NCBI RefSeq assembly: GCF_006345805.1
Contig: NC_042997.1
Span: 199,888,001-199,952,000 of the forward strand
DNA from: Octopus sinensis
Lineage: Eukaryota
Direction of reading: 5' to 3'
DNA length: 64,000 bases
Under the pieces are notes generated by a model. It worked only from the letters and a program-made list of their open reading frames with translations, was not told the DNA's origin and searched no databases. Each line of letters begins with the position of its first letter. The first letter of the stretch is position 1. Positions 10,942 to 24,684 of the stretch are shown here, in pieces. The position numbers and the translations under genes were made by a program.

Positions 10942-13292
10942 TAAATGCCATAGGCAGTTACATCGTATTCTATAAACCAAGTATCGAACTAATAAAAGCA
11001 AAAAAAAAAAGTTGTTAGAAAGACTGAACCACAAAAATGAAAAGTTATAGTCATGTAACACAACACCATGACTCCTAAACTGAGCGAGTCATGCATAGAC
11101 CAACTCCCAGTAAAACAGAATTAGGAATATCAGGGTTGAGTAAAGAATAAACAAGGAGGTAGAAGAAGACGGAAGGAGAAATTTACCTTGTAGCTATCTT
11201 AGTACTTATAACTTCCATGGATTATGGAGTTGATTGATTGAGAAAGTGGAAGTGGTTGATATAGCTCTTTTAATCATAAACAGTTATTTGAAGACTTTTA
11301 TGCCAATGACTCAGATTTCAACTAGCATCGATATTAGTATTATCACAGCACAGCAAACAAATTACTTTTTATATATTTAGTGTTTGAAGAGAATTCCAGT
11401 TGTCATACTTGTTCTTTGATGTGGTAACTTCTGGTGAGACACATTGTTACAAGTTTCACCAGATGATATGCTCTTGTCAGTCTCAAAGCACATGAGGCAT
11501 TCATCACCAGATATTGAATAAATGCATAGGTCATTCACACACACACACACACACACACATGTCATCAGATCGATTACTTGCTACTCCTTGTGTATCTTCA
11601 GTCACCTTGACAAACTTAGCTGCTTGATACAGAAATTCAGACTGCTTAAAATAAGGTAATTTGACTGAACCACTGTTTCATAGATGTGTTCATTCCTCTT
11701 TATACCTTCTGCTCTACTAAACTACTTAGCTGCACACTTGCTTCTTTCCAAGATTACTGAAGTACCTCATCAGTCTTGTACAGTTTCACTCTGCTGTCAT
11801 CAAACTAAACATTTCCTTCCCATTATTGTCCCAGAATTACAACCCTCTGAAATTCATTCCCTGCTTCTGTTTCCTCTACAAACGTTTTCCTACAGATATT
11901 TCAACTGAACATCATCGGCAACAATCTCAACAGTTTGACAGAAGACAGACATAGACATTGCTTTTCCTAAACTAGTTTTAAAAAAGTCTTTATTTTAAAG
12001 TTTTCCTATTCTGTACATTTTCTAATACCATTCCAAATATATAGTCACTAATGATATACATCTTAAGTTTAATGTTACAATAGTATTCAACTTTGATTTT
12101 ATGTATGTATTTATGTATATTTGAGAAAAGCTATTACTGAACTTTGTATGCCATTTCTATAGAATCTAAAATAATTTAGAAGTTAAATTAATATATAAAA
12201 ATAGAATATTCCAAAGAATATATGGAAAAAAAATGTTAAAATATGTAAATGATGAGACACAAGTTTTAGAGTTACAACATAAATCAGTTATTATATGTAA
12301 ATTAAAAGTGAAGAAATTCTTGAAGAAAATTATATAAGAAATTTCAAAAAGAAGCAGAATCATTAGCTAACTATATGTGCTAGGGCAGTGAATTTCACAT
12401 AACCATTTAGAATATTAAATAAAATGCCTTTTGGTTATAATTCATGTCCAATCGATGCCATTTGTAGCTTTCATTCTTCCAAGGTCAATAAAATAAACTA
12501 TCAGTCTAGTGTAGAGGTCAATATGTTTCCTACAAGCAAATTTCTGTCTTTGTGCCTTGGGTAAAATCATTATTTGAATGACATTACATTGAGGTTACAT
12601 AAATTAGTAAAAGAGAAATGATGTTATATCAACACTAATAACTAATATTGTAATTAGCTACAAAATTAATAACAAAATACAGCAAGCAATTTCTATAACC
12701 ATCAGGTTGAACTTGTACAGGTTTGCCGTAGCCAATTACATCAGCTAACATGATTCTGCATAGCATGCAGAAGATCAGCGATGTAACACCCTGTGATTGT
12801 ACAGAACTGACCAATGAAGGTTATTTTACTAAATACATGACCTACGTATATCAATGTTAGAGTATCACCAAGCAGTTCTTGCTAGGCTCTTCACCAATGT
12901 TCTGCATAATGCATGCAACTCTCTTATGATATCAGAGGAATCAAAATGCAATACAGTCTTTGGTCAGACGTCCCCCCCCCAGAAGAGTGGCCTGTAACCT
13001 GCAAGTGTAAGTACCATCAAGCTTTGGCTCCAAGTGTTTGGCAAGTGACCAAGCAGTGGACCTGTACAACAGCAATGATTACACAGTGGTACCAAAATGA
13101 AGCTTCTCTTAAGACCATCCAATAGTGATAACTTCCAGATGAAACTTAACCCATCAAGAATAACCGATGCATTCTTGAAAAATTTTTACAAACTTTTCTG
13201 TAGCTGTGATGTTACTGCCTAAACATAGAAAGGAATCTATAGATTTTTAAAGTGTTTGTTTGATTGTAGCCCTACCTAAATGGGAGGATACA

Positions 13293-13918
13293 TCATCATC
13301 ATCATCATTTTAAGTCCGTTTTCCATGCTAGTGTGGGTTGGACGGTTCGACCGGGCTCTGGGAAGCCAGGAGGCTGCACTAGGCTCCAGTCTGATCTGGC
13401 AGTGTTTCTACAGCTGGATGCCCTTCCTAATGCCAACCACTCCATGAGTGTAGTGGGTGTTTTTTACATGCCATCAGCACAAGGGCCAGAGGAGGCTGGC
13501 AAATGGCCACGATCGGTTGGTGCTTTTACATGTCACCGACCTGGATGCCAGTCAGGCGGTGCTTTTAACGTGTCACTGGCATGGGTATCTTAACTACAAT
13601 TTCCATTTGATTTTCATTTTGATGTTGGTGTTGACGTACTTGATTCAATAGTCTCCTCAAGAACAGCAGGTCACTCTACGATCCAAGGTTGGCACAGCAG
13701 GCCGTCCTGCGAGCCATGAACCCACTACATTTGTCGGATCTTCACGGTCACAGCATATCTCAGGTCCCGGTCTTCATCATTTCCTCTGTGAGACCCTACG
13801 TGCCATCGGCACGGGTATCACAACTACAATATCCATACGATTTTTATTTTGATGTTGATGAACTTGACAGAATAGATCCTCAAGCGCAGCAGGCTGTCCT
13901 GCAAGCCATGAACTAACC
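13293..13918 (-). mobile_element. RTE LINE 3' end (ORF2 terminus, 3' UTR, tail) with a partial second UTR copy
   Basis: (CAT)n tail and UTR repeats; minus strand GGGTCTCACAGAGGAAATGATGAAGACC matches the ORF2 end at 48440-48500; 13799-13918 repeats part of the UTR. Confidence 0.8.
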
Positions 13919-14671
13919 TTCAATCCACTTCAAAAGTGGATTTTTATTGCACACCTGTATAACAAAATTGAAGAAAGACATCATGGAATGCCTTTTTCCT
14001 TCAGAATACTGGTGGTATATTATATGTCCAGTCATCTTTCTGTTCTTGATCCTTTTCAATATATCTAAGGTAAAACCAAATTTGATATCAAGAGCATGCT
14101 TAACAGAAGTTTCTACAGTTTTGAGATGCTAGAGGATTACTGAGAAAAATTTGGAAATATTCCTTTCATTTGTTAAATTACTCCTGCAAAGTTGTAGCTT
14201 TAGGTTATTTGTACTTTTCCTGCCACTAATTTCATAGGAAATATGTGATAACTGAAAGGATTGGTTACTGATGTTGCTGCATGCAAAATGAAATCTATTT
14301 TGCTTTTAAGAAATTTCTGTTGTCCAGTTTCATAAATATTCATAAGATTTTGCTCAGCATTTGAAATATTCGTTCTGGAAAATTTAGCTGACTTTAAATG
14401 AGCATTCGCTTCATCATTTTTATGACAAATATAGTAATATCAATGAAGCCATATTATGATGATAACACTGACACTAACATTGCTGATGATAACATTGGAC
14501 CTTGTCAATGTTTGCTTTAGTTTAATAAAAAATATGTTTGTGAATTTAAAGCAAAACCTCAGTGAAAAAGAAAAGTGTATGAAAAACAGTCACACTCATG
14601 TATGGCAATAAAATGTAACTGGAAATATAAAGAAGAGCATAACATATCTATTTTTAAAATTAAAGTTATAT

Positions 14672-15010
14672 AGGAGCAGGTATTGCTGTGAGGTTAAGAG
14701 GCTCACTTTGTAACCATGTGATTTCGGGTTCAGTCCCACTGCATAGAACCATTATAGCTTATGGCCAACAAATGCCTTGTGAGTGAATTTGGTACTCAGA
14801 AACTGTGTGGAATCATTTTATGTGTATGAGTATATGTCTGTGTTTGCCCTGCAACTGCTTAAAAATGAGTGCTGGTTTGTTAACATACCTGTAGCTTAGT
14901 GACTAGGCAAAAGAAATTAATAGAATAACTGTCAGACTTTAAAAATAACTAGGGTTAATTTGTTCAGCCAAACTTGAATGTGGTGCCCCAGCATGGATGT
15001 AGTCCAATGA
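14672..15010 (+). mobile_element. SINE family 1
   Basis: GGTTCAGTCCCACTGC B box, GTGAATTTGGTA..GAAAC, GTGGTGCCCCAGCATGG 3' part. Confidence 0.8.
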
Positions 15011-15444
15011 CAGTATACATTGTCTCTTGCTTTATCATTAACAGGTATAATCATTATTGTTGAATCCCAGGTGAATTCTGATCCAGCAGACCCATGATCC
15101 AGGCATTCTAGTCGGGACTCTCTTTGTAGAGAGTATGCAACACTAAAATATCTAATATGCTCTTTCATTAAGTGATCAGAAGGAGATTTTGTATATTGAG
15201 TGGTTATGTAGAGGCTTTATAATCAAAATAAAAATAAAATGCACTCAATGTGATGTTTATACTAAATAACAGATTAATAGTGTACAGTGCTTCTTCACAC
15301 TTCTCAGTTCATTGCAAGTAAATTTTGAAAACAAGAGGGTACACTACTAAAATATGGCTAACTATAAATATTTAAACATACACCATTGTTCTACACTGCT
15401 CACAGTTTTAAATTATACCATTCGTCCTACTTATTTAATATTAG

Positions 15445-16978
15445 GTAGTTCCAATCAATGATAAGTTAGTATCTTTGCCATCGATGCAACACAATGTTAG
15501 TGATGAGATACAATCTGAATTCTATCAGGTTTCTAGTACTCTATCAATGAGAGTATCAGATTATGATTTTGAATACATTTAGAAAGGAACTTAGGATTCA
15601 TTCAAAGCAGTAATCTAACTAAATTCTTTGATAAAAGATTTAATGTTCACTAGACATTTACAATATGAATTATTTACGATAGATTATCAATATAAAATAA
15701 ATATGATAGATAATATGGTTTGATAATATTTCTTTTGATTTATCCAACTTAGATCTAACAATATTGCAAAAGCAAATCCCTTCATAGATAATCTATAGAT
15801 AAAGTGAATTGGAATTAGTAAAAGAGACTTGACTTTATTCAAATATAATCAATATCAAATCTTGGATCTTTCATCTCTGTATCACATAAGAGAATATTTT
15901 GAAGGCGTAGTTACACAGAGATAAGAATGTGAAACAGTACAAATAGTGATACAAGGTTGTTTTGAATAGTGGGCTAAACTAACTTAAGTAACTGGTTGTG
16001 AAAGGTATATTACAAATGAAATAGGATCACAATAAAGATATACTGGTTACATTAAATCTAAATATTTCAGATTTCTGAAGCAAGATGATTTAAAAATAGA
16101 TAACAATTGCACTTATTGAAAATGTTTAATGCTGAACTTAATATCAAAATTTAAACACATGCTGTTCATGCCAACATGTAACGACAAAGCACAATACAGA
16201 CTAGAAACAACCTTGAAAACATGAATATCTTTTATGTGAATACTCCAGATATCTCAAGTTAGTTTATTTTTACACTAATGATGTATTTTATTCATTATTT
16301 CTAAACTTCAATATTTTAACAAGAACAAAATATGTATACAGTATTAATAATCATGTTCCTGTATAGTTTTAATAATCAAAATTTGAGAGTTACAAATTTT
16401 TACCATCAATATATTTATAGCAGTACCTATGACATATAGGAGGTCTAAAAGAGATTTTTGAAAAGGGACAGAATCATGACTGAGGTTATACTCAGGACTA
16501 TTGGATTGCTTACAATATAGTGAACTCCACTAAAAGCACCTTAAGACCAAAAAGTGGTGCTAAGCTTGCACCATGGATTAAGTTTATAACTCAAGACATT
16601 CTAACAGACTTCCATGCAGTTTTTGAATACTCAGTTGTATTGAAAAGACTTCAATTGACCAGAAGATATAGAAGAAACTTGTCAAAGTTTTGGACAATGA
16701 AAGGAAACTGGAATCTCATGATTGTAAAGGAAACAATCCACACCTATAGCTGTGCTCATAGCCTACCTGAATCTTATATTTGAAATCCTTATATATCATC
16801 ATCAAAAATTTCAATTTCTTGCCTTAAATCTCTCTGCAATAGTAGCTTCAACATCTCTTATTTCTCAGTTCTTTCAGAGATGAATATAATTCATGCTCTT
16901 CAATCAATCTCAGAATCACTTATTCCACTGCTTGAATGCCAACAAGTATATGATGGAAATATACTCTTACCACTATGA
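15445..16978 (+). pseudogene. Decayed coding-like sequence of unknown origin, block A1
   Basis: 16433-16975 has 181 codons with only 2 internal stops; the upstream part continues through a frameshift with A/T-ending codon bias; no family recognised. Confidence 0.55.
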
Positions 16979-17488
16979 GTAGTAGTCATAGTAGTAAGTA
17001 AGGGGGCATGCACTGTAACAGTGTGTTGCTGCAGCCACCATTTGTTGGTAGTTCCCTACTCCTGGCAGATGACACCTTTACACCAATCAGGCAACAACCC
17101 TCTGACCCATGAGTCTGTTTGGGTATGCACTGTCGCTGAGGGCTTTATGAGATCAGAGTGTAAATCCTGCCTCAACCTCTTTTTGCCACCTTTTATGACA
17201 TGCAGAGGAAACATCAAGTTTACTTTTTGACATGATGGTCTCCACACAGCAAACAGTGAGCGATATCAGGTGATGTTGTATAATTACTTTTTTTCCATAT
17301 ATTTCCTGGTGCTTATACAAAACAATGAAATTAATACTAAGCTTCAATATTACAATATCATTAAAATTAAAACAAATTTCTCACATTTTCACATTAAAAC
17401 GTTATCGATAACAATGCTGTTATTTAATTCCATATAAGGTAGTTCTCGATTCTAACATGAACAAGCAACCAACAATGAATATTAATAT

Positions 17489-17745
17489 AGGTGAAGACAC
17501 ATGGTCTAGTGGTTAGAGTGTTGCAGTCATGATCACAAGTTCTTGGTTTCGATACCAAGGCTGGGCACCTTGTTGTGCTCTTGAGCAAAACACTTTATTT
17601 CATACAGCTACAGTTCACTTGGCTGTAAATGAGTAACTTTGCAATAGACTGACATCCCATTCAGGAGCAGTGCTGTGATCAGTTACCATGGAAACCAGGT
17701 AAATAACCCTATGAGCCCTACAACTTGAAAATGTAATATGATGAT
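17489..17745 (+). mobile_element. tRNA-derived SINE, family 2
   Basis: TGGTCTAGTGGTTAGAGTG A box, GGTTTCGATACC B box, CTTGAGCAAAACACTTTATTTCA core. Confidence 0.75.
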
Positions 17746-17769
17746 GGTATTCAATATACCTCCCTCAAT

Positions 17770-17989
17770 AAGGTGGCAAGCTGGCAGAAATGTTAGCATG
17801 CCAGGCAAAATGTTCAGTGGCATTTTGTTTGTCTCCATGTTCTGAGTTCAAAATTCTGCCAAGGTTGACTTTGCCTTTCAACCTTTGGGGTTGATAAATT
17901 AAATACTAGTTGCATACTGGGGTCGATCTAATCAACTGGCCCACTCCCCAAAAATTTTGGGCCTTGTGCCTAGAGTAGAAAAGAATATA
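17770..17989 (+). mobile_element. tRNA-derived SINE, family 3, copy 1 of a tandem pair
   Basis: GGCAAGCTGGCAGAA..GAGTTCAAAATTC..GGGGTCGATCTAATC..GTGCCTAGAGTAGAAAAGAATAT. Confidence 0.85.
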
Positions 17990-17997
17990 GAAAAACC

Positions 17998-18217
17998 AAG
18001 GCGGTGAGCTGGCAGATACATTAGCATGCTGGGCGAAATACTTAGCGGTATTTTGTCTGTCTTTTTGTTCTGAGTTCAAAATTCCACCAAGGCCAACTTT
18101 GCCTGTCATCCTTTCGGGGTCAATAAATTAAGTACCAGTTGTGTACAGGGGTCAATCTAATCAACTGGCCCCCTCCCCAAAACTTTTGGGCCTTGTGCCT
18201 AGAGTAGAAAAGAATAT
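17998..18217 (+). mobile_element. tRNA-derived SINE, family 3, copy 2 of a tandem pair
   Basis: Same structure as 17770-17989, starting a few bp after it. Confidence 0.85.
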
Positions 18218-18544
18218 ATCTCCCTCAATCCTCTCCTCTCTCTCTTTCTACTCACACATGTTAAAATCATTAACACATATCTTAACCTCTTTCCTTCTAC
18301 TCATCATTTTTACTTTTTTACACCCATTTTTTTCCATAATGGCATGGTTTAGATGAGACTTCTTGAAGTATTCTACAGCTAAACACCCTTCCTGGCAAAA
18401 AAGATTATTTACTATCAAATATGGTCATATATTCTACTGTTCTACACATGTCAAAATGACACTTGTTTTCTATACTGGACATAACTGTCAATACTACCCA
18501 AGCATTGTCAAGAAGATACAGCGAAGTTCTTAAGGATACAGCCA

Positions 18545-18880
18545 TGCCATGCCTGGTATGGCTCTGTGGTAAGAAGTTTTAGTTTCCAGTCACATTATTC
18601 CAAGTTCAGTCCCACTGCATGGCACCTTGAACAAGTGACTTCTATAGCCTTGGACCAACCAAAGCCTTGTGTGAAGATTTGGCAGACAGAAACTGAAAAA
18701 GGCTTGTCATGTGTATGTGTGTGCATGCTTGATTGTCCCCCAACACTGCTTGACAATTGGTGTTGGTGTTTATGTCTTCTAACTTAGCAGTTCAGTAAAA
18801 AAAAAAACTGACAAAATAAGTACCAGGCTTAAAAAATAAGCACTGGGGTCAATTCATTTGGCTAAAATTCTTCAAGGCTT
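18545..18880 (+). mobile_element. SINE family 1
   Basis: Family-1 head and body ending GGGGTCAATTCATTTGGCTAAAATTCTTCAAGG. Confidence 0.85.
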
Positions 18881-18889
18881 GAAGAATTT

Positions 18890-19440
18890 ATATGCATCAT
18901 CTACAAGAAAAACAAACTTCACTTATTTCAACTGGAGCAAAATTTAGCCATATATGAAATTTGAATAGCTATGAGGATATTGTTAATGTTCTAGATATAG
19001 GCTTTAAATCAAATTCAGAAAGGTAGTTTGTTTCAGTGAATAACAGAGTTATTGGAACTAAAAGGTAGATTAGTTCCTATTGTTTATTGTTATCTGAAAT
19101 ACTTCTGAAAGTAGATATATTTAACACCAAGGAAATAAAACAGTAAATTCCAAAGAAAACATTCTCCATTATAAAATCTTCTTAGATTTAGTTAGCTTAA
19201 GGCAGAAATATTCAGCATATTAATTATGAGGCTATAATTGAAGACCATGGCACTAATAAGGAAGTCCATATATGAGATTTTCATAATCAGTAATTGATTT
19301 TCAATTTCCCTCTCATATTCATTACTTCTTAGGATTCTATAGAAATACGATACTTCAAAGAAAATACCAAAAATGCACAGTGGACAATCCAGGCACTTCA
19401 TTTGAGATATAATCCAATTACTTTAATGTGGTATCATTTG
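18890..19440 (+). pseudogene. Decayed coding-like sequence of unknown origin, block A2
   Basis: Frame reads HHLQEKQTSLISTGAKFSHI*NLNSYEDIVNVLDIGFKSNSE..QWTIQALHLRYNPITLMWYHLP; similar sequence at 18350-18545 on the other side of the SINE. Confidence 0.4.
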
Positions 19441-19581
19441 CCTTCAGCTCCTAATTGATTAATTTTCTGTTTAAATTCTTTAGTCAATTATTTTGGAAAT
19501 ATAATTTATTGGTTTTATTTACAAGAGAAATATTTTATATATTGATTTCTTTTGAAGATGAACTATACTGACTTTGTATTA

Positions 19582-19612
<31 letters not shown>

Positions 19613-21130
19613 AAAAAATCCAACTGAAATTTCAGATTTTACCAAAATTATAACTTCTTAAACAGGAACATAATTTATAAGATGTCGAATAGAACTCTAA
19701 GAATTTTAGATACACTAAACTTTGTTTCCACAAGACTTTGTACAATATAATTGTTTAAGTTGCCCTGTCATCTTTTCCTGCTTACTACCTATAGTACTTT
19801 AGATATGGCTAATCTTTTTAGCAGACACAATTTTATTTGGTGTGTTTTAAGTTATTACTGCACTGTGCTTTTGAATGTGTTCCAGTTTTCACTGAACTAT
19901 TAACCGTATTCCTTTCCAAAGGTATTTCTTTTAGAATATCAAAGCAATGTGTTATCTTCAGGAAAGTTGATCACTTTGATTTTCCCAATTATTGATCACC
20001 TCGAACATAGCCATAGAAATAAATGTAGTGTAATTGGTGTGTGTGTATGTGAATAGTGGGAGAGAGAAGAGAGAGAGAAAGCATGTCAAGGGACATTAAG
20101 GAAAAGAAGCCATCTTATGAAATGTTTCTTCTGAGTTGTGGAATATATAAAAGACACAAAAGAAATACACTTTAGAAGTTATTACACAAATGCTGCTAGA
20201 TAGAAGAACATGACAGTGTCAGGGTAACTTCATATGACAACAGTGAGACTAGTTTTATTATATTCAGAAGAAAATTGGTTGGCATCAGCTGTTAAAAACT
20301 GCTAGCCAGCGAGATCCGGTTTTGATGATTGGAGCTGTCACAAGGACAACAATCCAGTCTTGGTCAAAATGCAAGTGCAACAGCTGTGTCAGTGTCAAAT
20401 GATGTGTTAGCATTCAGTCACTGGAGCTGTTTAATTTCACAAAATGCCAAAAGAAAATGGTATAGGGAAGTTTGACTTTCTTCATCAAGCCAGTAATCTC
20501 CATACAGCCACTGAAGTAAACCTAATCAACATGTTAAATACTGAATGGGAGATGAAGCAGATAATGTTCTAAAGCAACAGGAAGTAACATGATATTCATA
20601 TGTGAATTGGTTCTCGTAAAAACTTTCTATTTTTCAATAAAATTAGAATGTGTGTACTACGTCATATGAAATGCAGAGAATTCCAGAAAGTACCCCACTA
20701 TCAAAAATGAGTTAACTATTCTTGTGTATCAAGTGCACACACACACAACTGAATAAACTTGGATCCCATACAGGTGTGTAGATAGAGAAAGGAAATGAGA
20801 CAGCAATTGTGAAACATATAGGAAGAGGAAGTGAAGTGTAGGTGAGAATGTCAGATAGGTGTAGTGGCATCCTTAGTTTACTAGAGGCACTGCATAGAGA
20901 ATAGAGGCTATCTACTGCTATTCTTGGTCATACCAGCAGCATAGTACATTGAAAATATTAAGAGGAAGGATTAATAGAGAGATGAACAGTAAGGAACATG
21001 AATGCATGAGACAAGAGGTAAGAGTGTGATGGAGTGGGGAATGCTTGGAGAGTAAAAGCTAAAAAGGTACTGGATGAGAGGCTATTGAAGTAGCCAATGA
21101 TGTAGACCACACACACACACACACACACAT

Positions 21131-21179
<49 letters not shown>

Positions 21180-21459
21180 AACTTCAATGAATTGGATGGT
21201 TAAACAGGATGCAATGGGCATGAAGACTGCATGATGCTCTGGCATGGTTTCAACAGCTGGATACTCATCATAATGCCAGCCATTTTACAGAGTTAGCATT
21301 TTTATTGCATGTGGCACCAGAACTAGTGAGGTCACCATGCATCTTGCAAGACTAAGATCCCCCTTCAACTGAACAGAGCTACATTAAAGGAAGGTGGCTT
21401 TATACTACGAGATGAGAGGTTAAAGTATGAAAGACCAAAACAAAACAGAAGAGCTACAA

Positions 21460-22190
21460 GGTTATTCACATTCTACAAGATTGGGTGGGAGAAACTAGAG
21501 TGAAGCTGGAAAAGAAGAAGATAGTGGTGGTGAAGTGTCTGGGTGGACCCTGAAGGTACAAATTGAATAGAGGGGAGTGAATACAGAAAAGTAGGGAGTA
21601 GAGAGGAAGGAGGAATTGCAAGAGTGCATGGGGAGAATGCGATACGTTTAGAGATGGAGTAATGAGTGAGAGGGGAAAAATAATGAAAACCAAGTTCTGA
21701 AGTGTGTTTGATAATAAATAGAGAGAAAAGTAAGGAAGAAAAGGGCCAATTGTTGGGATGCAGTCCTAGTTATGTTAAAGATGTACTTTCTCATTGACTA
21801 TGAGAACCAATATTTAGAACACTTGTAAAGGCTCTAGTTGTATGCTCCTCATTATTAAATGGGGTTGGGTGGAATGATGTTGCCTTGAAATGAGTAGTAT
21901 TTGTATTTCCTAACTTTAGAAAGAGATAAGACTGGCACATATGCCCTTTGAAGAGTGATTTCAAGGTCTCTGTTCACATAGTAAGCTTGAGTTTGGGATG
22001 TGGTGTACAAGTTGCAAGCGGCTGTTTGAGGAATGTTAACTGAAGACTGAAGTGTAGTGCCATCAACTGTGTGAGAATTGGTATTGCTGGACAGGATAAC
22101 AACCTTGGAACATGCTGGAATCGACTGAATGGGGGACAGAAAGAGGTCCATCAATAGAGACAGCAATAGAGCTATCTGATAGGAAACTAC
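21460..22190 (-). mobile_element. CR1/L2-clade LINE RT fragment, decayed
   Basis: IAVSIDGPLSVPHSVDSSMFQG resembles the RT motif V.VDG..S....SGVPQG. Confidence 0.55.
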
Positions 22191-23269
22191 TGATCTAAAA
22201 GGTGAGAGAATCTCATGAATAAATAACTTTAATAAACAATTTGCATACTAATGAGTTGAAAACTTATCTGAGGTTGACAGTGACAACACTGATTTTATTA
22301 AATTTCTTCAAAACAAGAGCCCATTGGTGGGTAAAATAGGAGAGACAATCACTAGTGGATCTGACTCAACAGAAACCTTATTGGTGATCATTAAGGACTC
22401 AACATAACATGCCACGTGGGATTATTTGCAGAAACAGCTTATTCTTATAGACAAGCCTTAAAGCATTATTCATAAAACCTCCATACACCCTTCAGCCATA
22501 CCCAAAACCAGAAACATTTAATCCAGAGTACACTTACAAACAGATCTAGAAGATTTGTAGTTAAACCCACTAAACTGCACTTGTAAAACAACACCATGGG
22601 AAAGGAATAAAATTACTTAGTTGTGTAAAGAAAAGAATGTGAAAAGGCATTTCTTGTTCATTTAAGTATCTTACACAAATTGCTTTCAGAGAGGGAATTA
22701 ACTGCTTTGTGACAGTAGCATTTTCAAGAAAAGATTTATGACTATAGTAATGCCAATTTATATAAGCTCTAAATTTCCATGTAGCTGAAAAGGGAAATGT
22801 GGTTTAATCAGTGGATTTATATAGAATAATGTCCAGGAACATCATGGAAAAGAAGGCGTCTTGTGCAACATTTGTTTTAAGTTGTGGAATATATAAGAGG
22901 CGCAAAAAAAATTGCAAGATTATTACCCATGTGCTAGATATAACAACATGGTAATAGAAATGACATAAGCAATAACTTTCCATACCACATAGAATTTCTG
23001 TCTTTACCAAGTGCTTCATAAATTTTCTCTGTTCTGCTGCTTATTACTGGTCTACCTTAGAAACTGTGTGAAAGCCAAATTATAATCTGAAGTATTAACA
23101 AAACAGTTGATTCAGTTACAGCTGAAATAACCTTGATTAAACTTTACATCAACTCAAACCTAACTCCCATTACAAGTAGCTCTTCACTTTTTGCATTGTG
23201 TATAAAGTCATCTTAGTTTCAGCTTTACCAGTTCAGGTATTCCTCAATTCATAAACTATTCTACATCAA

Positions 23270-23700
23270 TGGTCACTTGTTTGCTTGTGATATGCAAGAC
23301 TTAACTTCACTTAGGAATACTGCAGCCAAAACCAGTCTGTTTCTCAATGCAAGGAAGTTTGAATACATGACCATTAATGGAGAGAAAAGACATTTGCCAA
23401 TTTGTTCCAACAATGCTACACAATTAAAGGAAGTCAGTGACTTTGAGTACCTTGGATTGTATATAGCTAACAGAAAGACTTCCTGGCACACAAGGAACTG
23501 GTCTAGAGTACCTGTAACAAGCTTTAAAACCTCTGGCAATCAAATATTTCAAAGCCAATGAGAGTGGCTTTCTTCAGGCCATAAATAGAGTATTCTACTC
23601 TATGGAGTTAAAGCTTGGAATTTGAAGGCTTACCTTGAGGAATCTTCAGTACATACCTCCAGGTTTCTCATGATGTTTCAAAGCATCTCATGGTATGAGC
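23270..23700 (+). mobile_element. Non-LTR retrotransposon RT C-terminal fragment (RTE-like)
   Basis: LNARKFEYM..LKEVSDFEYLG..ILLYGVKAWNL motifs. Confidence 0.75.
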
Positions 23701-23704
23701 ACAA

Positions 23705-23785
23705 GATCATCATCATCATCATCGTTTAACGTCTGTTCTCCATGCTAGCATGGGTTGGACGGTTTGACCGGGGATCTGGAAATCA
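23705..23785 (-). mobile_element. RTE LINE 3' tail fragment
   Basis: (CAT)n CGTTTAACGTCTGTTCTCCATGCTAGCATGGGTTGGACGG. Confidence 0.8.
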
Positions 23786-23861
23786 GAAATTTACGGACGC
23801 AGTCTACTATTGCTATTTGACACAAGTTATGCTTTGATAGCCACTACTATACTGTTGAGTG

Positions 23862-24110
23862 GAGGGACATGGCTTAGTGGTTACGGTATTCAGCTCATGA
23901 TGGTAAGATTGTGAGTTTGATTCCCAGTGGTATGTTGTGTCCTTGGTATGTTGCTTCAGTTCACTCAGCTGGCAAAAATAAGTTGTACCTGTAACTGAAA
24001 GGGCCAGCCATATCACATTCTGTGTCAGGTTGAATATCTATGGGAACTACTTTAAGAATACCTTGTGTCTGTGGAGTGCTCAGCCATTTGCACATTAATT
24101 TCACAAGCAG
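23862..24110 (+). mobile_element. SINE family 2
   Basis: CATGGCTTAGTGGTTA head; CAGTTCACTCAGCTGGC core; GTCTGTGGAGTGCTCAGCC body. Confidence 0.75.
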
Positions 24111-24684
24111 ATCAAATAGAACACTGTCATCATAACAAATGAAATGCTAGTTACACTACTGAACAACAGACCAATCCAGGTGTTACATTCTGGAAACTTC
24201 TAAACTTAATTGAGGATGCAGATGATTGCCAACTCTATTGATGTTATTGGTTGATATACACAACATGAAATTGAAGACCTACTGAAGACCTATTCCTGGC
24301 ACAGCATTGTTAACTGCATCTCAGTCACAGCCACTGAGAGAAAACAAAATGATTTTTTTTTTTGTTCAGGATTTCAAGATTAACACAACCTTCCTAGCCT
24401 CATTCTTGTAACTAAACTCATTGTCCAATTCCAATGACACTGGATTGCATTAAAGAACAAGCAATTCCAAAATCACAAACCAAACTGTTTCTACAAGTAT
24501 GTAAAAACCGATGCCAGCTCATTCCTACAGACAAGTCTGAAAACACCTTAGAAAAAGCAAAGCACATTTCCATCATCAATAAGTTCATTTTGGGTTGCAT
24601 TTTTCATCTGATTCTTCTACTAAATCAGTTCCTGCTCCTCACAGTATTATTAAGCAATAAATACACTGTTATTATTCTTGTCAT

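Noticed and set aside
11377-12830. Possible host exons near 11377-11423 and 12730-12820
   Set aside because: Splice-like sites exist, but the peptides are unrecognisable and cannot be chained into a gene model.
15445-16120. Alternative genetic code (ciliate-type) or parasite contamination to explain in-frame TAA/TAG
   Set aside because: TGA also occurs in frame, there is a frameshift, and host SINEs are inserted in the block. Ordinary decay explains it better.
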